From: Gemmatimonadota bacterium
GTDB lineage: Bacteria; Latescibacterota; UBA2968; UBA8231
Assembly (NCBI GenBank): GCA_038153405.1
Contig: JAYOYH010000033.1
Coordinates: 1-53,098, forward strand
Direction: 5' to 3'
DNA: 53,098 bases
Every line of letters starts with the position of its first letter. Within the stretch, counting starts at the first letter, position 1. Under the pieces are notes generated by a model that saw nothing but the letters and a program-made list of their open reading frames with translations, did not search any database and was not told the origin of the DNA. The translations under genes and the position numbers were made by a program. Below are positions 48,441 to 53,098 of this stretch, piece after piece.

Positions 48441-48443
48441 GGC

Positions 48444-48863
48444 ATGCTGCTCCTGCTGCACGCGGCGGCGACCTGCTATATGTGCGGGGTGATATGGTTT
48501 GTGCAGTTGGTGCACTATCCGCTATTTGCCAGCGTCGAACGGGGTCACTTTATCGCCTACCAGCGCGAGCACGTGCGGCGCACGGGATGGGTAGTCGGAC
48601 CGGCGATGCTGGCAGAAGGTGCGTCAGCGCTGGCGCTGTGCCTGCTTGCGCCAGACGGGCTATCGCCGCTCGCGGCCTGGGGCGGATTGGCCCTGTTGGC
48701 GGTCATATGGCTGTCGACGTTCTTCTGGCAGGTGCCCAGTCACAACGCGCTGCTAAACGGTTTTGACGCGGAGCGGCACGCCTGGTTGGTGCGCAGCAAC
48801 TGGGTTCGCACCGTTCTGTGGAGTGCGCGCGCTGTGCTGGCCCTTGCCTATTTGCCCTCTTAG
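48444..48863 (+). CDS. Small four-TM hypothetical membrane protein
   Basis: 'GVIWFVQLVHYPLF', 'QVPSH..L', 'NWVRT.LW'; starts 3 nt after the photolyase. Confidence 0.75.
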   Translation: MLLLLHAAATCYMCGVIWFVQLVHYPLFASVERGHFIAYQREHVRRTGWVVGPAMLAEGASALALCLLAPDGLSPLAAWGGLALLAVIWLSTFFWQVPSHNALLNGFDAERHAWLVRSNWVRTVLWSARAVLALAYLPS

Positions 48864-49894
48864 GAGCGCTTGGCCATACAGTAGTGCGATACCCACCATT
48901 CCTGTCCCTCGTCATAGCCAAAGAGCTCTTCGCAGGACATAAAGAAAATGCGCCAGCGCTGGCACCAAATGGCGCTGTTGGCCGCGCCATAGGTCTCGGC
49001 AAATAGCGCTTCGATGGCGTTGCGCTGCGCGTCTAATTTTTCTAGCCAGTGGCGGGCCGTGCGCCCGTAGTGGCTGCCGCTGATCCGCCAGTGTCCCTGC
49101 AGAAAAAAATCTTCTTGTACGTAGTGCAGTAAGTCGTCGCTGGGCATCATTCCGCCAGTAAAGAAGTACTTGCTCATCCAGTCATCGTCGTTCTTAACCT
49201 CAAATAAATAGGGATGGCGGTTGTGGACGAAGATGTGGATAAAGAGCTTGCCGTCGTCGCGTAGCCAACCGGCGATGCGCTTGAGCATGGCGCGGTAGTT
49301 GCGCAGATGCTCAAACATCTCCACCGAAACGACGCGATCATAGGTACCTTCGGCTGTGAATTCGTTCATATCGCAGGTGATGATGCGCACGTTATCCAAC
49401 CCGCGCTCGGCGCAGCGCGCCTCGATAAAGTGGCGCTGTGGGGCCGAATTGGAAACGGCGGTAATGCGGCTAGCGGGATAGCGCTCGGCCATCCACAGCG
49501 TCAGTGAACCCCATCCACACCCCAGTTCGAGTACGTCCATCCCGTCGGTCAATTCGGCGCGCTCTCCGTAGAGTTCGAGCATAGCTGCTTCGGCTTCGTC
49601 TAGCGTCTCGCGTCCGGTCGGATAATAGCAGGCGCTGTATTTGAGATGGCGTCCCAGCACCTTTTCAAAAAAAGCCGGGGGCAACTCGTAGTGCTGTTCG
49701 TTGGCTTCGCGCGTGTGGAGGGCAATTGGGCTTTCGTCCATGGCTGCGATAAAGCGGTGTAAGTGCTGCGTGCGCGCCTGGCAGTCACCGGGGTCGATTT
49801 CGCGGATGCGATTGCGCAAGAGGGAGCGAATGCCCGTGCGGATCAGCGCGTCGGGCAATAGGCCGCGCTCGGCCCATTGCAGTGCGTGGTTCAT
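48860..49894 (-). CDS. Cyclopropane-fatty-acyl-phospholipid synthase family SAM methyltransferase (short, CNMT-like type)
   Basis: 'ANEQHYELP', 'KYS', 'LELGCGWGS', 'SVEMFEH', 'FFTGG.MPS'. Confidence 0.9.
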   Translation of the reverse strand: MNHALQWAERGLLPDALIRTGIRSLLRNRIREIDPGDCQARTQHLHRFIAAMDESPIALHTREANEQHYELPPAFFEKVLGRHLKYSACYYPTGRETLDEAEAAMLELYGERAELTDGMDVLELGCGWGSLTLWMAERYPASRITAVSNSAPQRHFIEARCAERGLDNVRIITCDMNEFTAEGTYDRVVSVEMFEHLRNYRAMLKRIAGWLRDDGKLFIHIFVHNRHPYLFEVKNDDDWMSKYFFTGGMMPSDDLLHYVQEDFFLQGHWRISGSHYGRTARHWLEKLDAQRNAIEALFAETYGAANSAIWCQRWRIFFMSCEELFGYDEGQEWWVSHYCMAKRS

Positions 49895-50715
49895 GGCGAG
49901 ACCTCTCGTGTACGGGCGTCTGCAGCCCGCTGGACGGGTTCTTTGGGAAAAAAGGGAAAGAAGGCGTGCGTTCGCTGCTGATAGGCGCGGTATTCATCGC
50001 CGCGACTCTGGACAGCGCGCTTTTCGGCGTAGGGAATGCCGGTGACGGAAAAGAGCAGGTAGAGCATGAGAGCCGGTGCCAGTAGGCTGAGCCAGCCCCA
50101 AGCGAAGGGGGTGGCCAGCGGCACGTAGGCAAACCAGTGCAGCCACTCAAAAAAGTAGTTGGGATGGCGCGAGTAGCGCCATAGGCCCTCGGCGCAGGTG
50201 TGGCCTGCGTTATTCGGGTCGCGGCGGAAACGCGCCAGTTGCGCATCGGCCAGGCTCTCGCCCGCCGTGGCCAGCAGCCAGATGCCGGCGGCGAGCGCGT
50301 CGAGTGCTCCCAGCGGTTTGGGGTTGGCCGCGCCGAGTAGAATGGGCAGCGAGAAGAAGGCGATCAGCAGCGCCTGCGCTTGGTAGAGCAGCAGGAAGTT
50401 GCGCTGTGCGTGCAGGCCCCACTGCTGGCGCAACATGGCGTAGCGCCCGTCTTCATGCGCGCCGCGGCGCGCGTGCAGATGCCAGGTCAGGCGCAGGGAC
50501 CACAGGGCGGCCAGCGCGCCGACGAGCAGGCGCCGCTGGGGATCGCCCTCGCTCTGCCAGGCCACATAGAGCGCCGTCAGGCCAATGCCGCTAGACCAGC
50601 CCATATCAACCGGCGTGGCGTCCAGCGTTTGCCGCTGGCGCGCGTAGAGTACTCCCATCAGCAGGGAGGCGCCGAGCAGGCCGTGCCACAGCAGGTGGAG
50701 ATCGTATGCTTCCAT
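49891..50715 (-). CDS. DUF1295 (steroid 5-alpha-reductase-like) membrane protein
   Basis: 'EDGRY', 'E.LADAQL..F', 'GLWRYSRHPNYFFEW', 'TGIP'. Confidence 0.92.
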   Translation of the reverse strand: MEAYDLHLLWHGLLGASLLMGVLYARQRQTLDATPVDMGWSSGIGLTALYVAWQSEGDPQRRLLVGALAALWSLRLTWHLHARRGAHEDGRYAMLRQQWGLHAQRNFLLLYQAQALLIAFFSLPILLGAANPKPLGALDALAAGIWLLATAGESLADAQLARFRRDPNNAGHTCAEGLWRYSRHPNYFFEWLHWFAYVPLATPFAWGWLSLLAPALMLYLLFSVTGIPYAEKRAVQSRGDEYRAYQQRTHAFFPFFPKEPVQRAADARTREVSP

Positions 50716-50733
50716 TGCGCGGCCGAGAGGCGC

Positions 50734-51999
50734 TCAGGCGAATTCGGCGTGGCGGCGGTTCTGCGGTTTGGCCAGCAGAATCTGCGCGTCGCCGATATAG
50801 CGCTCGGCAAAGCCGGCTTCGCAGTAGCAGAAGTAGAATGCCCACATGCGGATAAATTCTTCGTTGAACCCTTGCGCGCGCACTTGATCTAGGTGTTCGA
50901 AAAAACGCTCGCGCCAGGTGCGCAGCGTGCGCGCGTAGTGTGGGCCAATATCGCGCAGGTCGACGATGCGCAGATCCGTTTCGCGCGCCAGCGCCTGCGC
51001 CATGGCCGTGACCGAGGGTATGCAGGAACCGGGAAATATATAGCGTTTGATAAAGTCGACGGTGTGCGTATGCGCTTCGAAAAACCAATCGCCAATCGTA
51101 ATGGCCTGCAGCAGCATAAGTCCGTCGGGCTTGAGCAGGCGGCCGCACTGGCGAAAGTAGTCGTCGTAGTAGTGGTGGCCGACCGCTTCGATCATCTCGA
51201 TGGATACGAGCTTGTCGTACTGGCCCTGTAGATCGCGGTAGTCGGAGCGCAGCACCTCTATCTGGTCGGAGAGGCCCGCTTGGGCAATGCGCTCGACGGC
51301 CAGTTTGTGCTGCTCTTGCGAAATGGTCGTCGTAGTGATGCGACAGCCGTAGTTCTTGGCTGCGTGCAGGGCGAACCCACCCCAGCCCGTGCCAATTTCC
51401 AGCAGGTGGTCGTTCGGACCGAGTTCGAGCAGTTGGCAAATGCGCTCGACCTTGTGGTGCGAAGCCTCTTCCAGCGTGCTCTGCGGCGTGGGGAAAATAG
51501 CCGACGAATACATGAGATTATCGTCGAGAAAGAGGCGGAAGAATTCGTTGCCGAGATCGTAGTGCGCGGCGATGTTGCGCTGGCTGTTGGACGTGGTGTT
51601 GCGATGCAAAACGTGAAAGAGGTGATGGGCTGGTTTGGCCAGCCAGCCCCAGCCGCGCTCCATCTTGTCGCGCGCCTCGCCGTTTTGTACGACGATGCGA
51701 CACAGCGCGGTTAGGTCGTCCGTCTCCCACAGGCCGTCTATATAGGCCTCGGATGCGCCGAGACTACCGCCTAGGGCCATGTAGCGGTAAAAGCGCGGGT
51801 CGCACACGCGCAGACGGGCGTGCAGTGGATCGCCAGTGCGGCCAAATTCGAGCGTTTGTTCGCCGTCCTCGACGATAAGATAGCCTTTTGTGAAGCGCGC
51901 CAGCTTGGCCAATACCAATCGTCGGGCCCACGCGTTGGGAAGAGTGGTGGGCTGTGGGCGGGCTGCTTTCGGCGTCGTGTCCAGCGTCGTTTGGCTCAT
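50734..51999 (-). CDS. Cyclopropane-fatty-acyl-phospholipid synthase family methyltransferase (Cfa/UfaM-like)
   Basis: 'NIAAHYDLGNEFF', 'MYSSA', 'LEIGTGWGG', 'SIEMIEAVG', 'FIKRYIFPG', 'YCEAGF'. Confidence 0.93.
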   Translation of the reverse strand: MSQTTLDTTPKAARPQPTTLPNAWARRLVLAKLARFTKGYLIVEDGEQTLEFGRTGDPLHARLRVCDPRFYRYMALGGSLGASEAYIDGLWETDDLTALCRIVVQNGEARDKMERGWGWLAKPAHHLFHVLHRNTTSNSQRNIAAHYDLGNEFFRLFLDDNLMYSSAIFPTPQSTLEEASHHKVERICQLLELGPNDHLLEIGTGWGGFALHAAKNYGCRITTTTISQEQHKLAVERIAQAGLSDQIEVLRSDYRDLQGQYDKLVSIEMIEAVGHHYYDDYFRQCGRLLKPDGLMLLQAITIGDWFFEAHTHTVDFIKRYIFPGSCIPSVTAMAQALARETDLRIVDLRDIGPHYARTLRTWRERFFEHLDQVRAQGFNEEFIRMWAFYFCYCEAGFAERYIGDAQILLAKPQNRRHAEFA

Positions 52000-52008
52000 A
52001 GTACACCT

Positions 52009-52761
52009 CTACTCGGCGATGGATGGATGGGGATAAAAGGGGATGCGCTTCAACCACAGGCGCAGTGCCTGCCAGTATATGGCACCGGTGATGCGCGCCG
52101 TCATCAGCGGGTACTGTGCCAGCACGCGTGCCAGCGCGCGCGCGCTGATTTCCGTGCGCTGGAGATTCATCGTCGCGTCAAAGAGCGCCGCATTGCGCTC
52201 GCGGCTCTGCATGTGCACGCTCAGTTGGTGGGTCGGGGCAACAAAGTGCCAGGTATAGTGCTGATCCATACCCATAAAGGGCGACACGTGAAAGGCTTTG
52301 TCGAATTGGTAGCGCTTTTTACTCGCCCTGCCCTCGTTGTGCGCCTCGTCGAGCACGTAGGCGTGCTGCTCGCCCCATGGCGTGTTGTTGATTTCGGCTA
52401 TGATGGCTTCTAGTCCACCGTCTTCGCCGTAGCAGTAGTAGAAGCTGACGGGGTTGAAGCGGTAGCCGAAGTAGCGCATGTGCGTCAGCAGACACACCGG
52501 TCCAAGCGGGCGGCGGCCGCAGTCGGCTTCGACTAAATCGCGGGCGCTCTCCTGCAGGGGTTGGCGCGGATCGCCGATGTGGTCGGCGCGGCGAAACTGG
52601 GCCACGTTGGCACGGTGTGCTGACCACAGGCGGTAGCGGTCAAATAGATGCGGCAATTCGTCCAGATCGAGGTACATCATAAACAGGCGATAGCTGAAAG
52701 CGTGCTCGACGGGAAGAAAGCGGCGGTGGCGCACGCGCCCTTCGTAGATGCAGCTATGCAC
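52009..52761 (-). CDS. DUF1365 family protein (UfaO-like)
   Basis: 'HRRF.P..HAF.Y', 'FNPVSFYYC', 'EINNTPWGE', 'K.FHVSPF', 'IYWQALRLW'. Confidence 0.92.
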   Translation of the reverse strand: MHSCIYEGRVRHRRFLPVEHAFSYRLFMMYLDLDELPHLFDRYRLWSAHRANVAQFRRADHIGDPRQPLQESARDLVEADCGRRPLGPVCLLTHMRYFGYRFNPVSFYYCYGEDGGLEAIIAEINNTPWGEQHAYVLDEAHNEGRASKKRYQFDKAFHVSPFMGMDQHYTWHFVAPTHQLSVHMQSRERNAALFDATMNLQRTEISARALARVLAQYPLMTARITGAIYWQALRLWLKRIPFYPHPSIAE

Positions 52762-53098
52762 GAGCGGTCGCTCCTCGTTCTATAGCATCGGCTACCTCGA
52801 TGCCTGAGCGCGCTCCGTCTTCGTGAAAGCCGTAGCCCCAGTAGGCACCGCAGTAGTGCGTGCGCCGCACGCCGCTGATCTCGCCGCGCCGCTTCTGAGC
52901 GTCCAGTGCGCGTAGGTCGTATATCGGGTGGTGATAGGTCATGCGCTGCACGACGTGGCGCTCGTCAATTTCATCCTGGCGGTTGAGGCTGACGCAAAAG
53001 GGCAGCCGGCTGCTCAAGCTTTGCAGGATGTTCATATTGTAGGTGACCGTGGGGGCGCTGGACCCAGCTGCTGGTAGGTAGTAGTTCCAACTCGCCCA
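52754..53098 (-). CDS. FAD-dependent oxidoreductase (amine-oxidase family, UfaD-like), C-terminal part
   Basis: 'WASWNY', 'TYNMNILQ', 'VSLN', 'YHHP', '[14 protein letters not shown]'; 5' end outside the window. Confidence 0.88.
   Translation of the reverse strand, partial: WASWNYYLPAAGSSAPTVTYNMNILQSLSSRLPFCVSLNRQDEIDERHVVQRMTYHHPIYDLRALDAQKRRGEISGVRRTHYCGAYWGYGFHEDGARSGIEVADAIERGATARA

Overview
GC-rich (roughly 60-65% by eye), gene-dense bacterial chromosome segment. The FlgD/T9SS-like 'NYPNPFN' C-terminal domain, the 'TAVE..SWGAVK' C-terminal tail, a TonB-dependent receptor and a short RpoD-family sigma lacking region 1.1 suggest an FCB-group lineage such as Latescibacterota; this is inference. 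The left and middle of the window carry mixed metabolism: an ABC exporter, an 860-aa ORFan with a long acidic tract, Gfo/Idh/MocA oxidoreductases, ppk1 with a GlmU-like gene, sugar isomerases, two mechanistically different fatty-acid desaturases (one fused to an 18-residue amphipathic repeat domain), SRAP, galETK-trmH, a sigma-54-driven pspA operon, a secreted PQQ-sugar-dehydrogenase/cytochrome c protein and two gene remnants. The right ~14 kb is the most interesting part, a putative light/photo-oxidative-stress island. It holds two CarH/LitR-type AdoB12 photoreceptor-repressors (both with Wx9EH) and a shared 11-bp-periodic TnGAC(A) operator over three sigma70 promoters. It also holds an RpoD-family sigma factor heading a SnoaL-photolyase operon, a fasciclin, an MBOAT acyltransferase, a TonB receptor translationally coupled to one CarH, and a furan/cyclopropane fatty-acid type cluster (FAD oxidoreductase, DUF1365, two Cfa-family methyltransferases, DUF1295). 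I found no rRNA, tRNA, CRISPR array or transposase.
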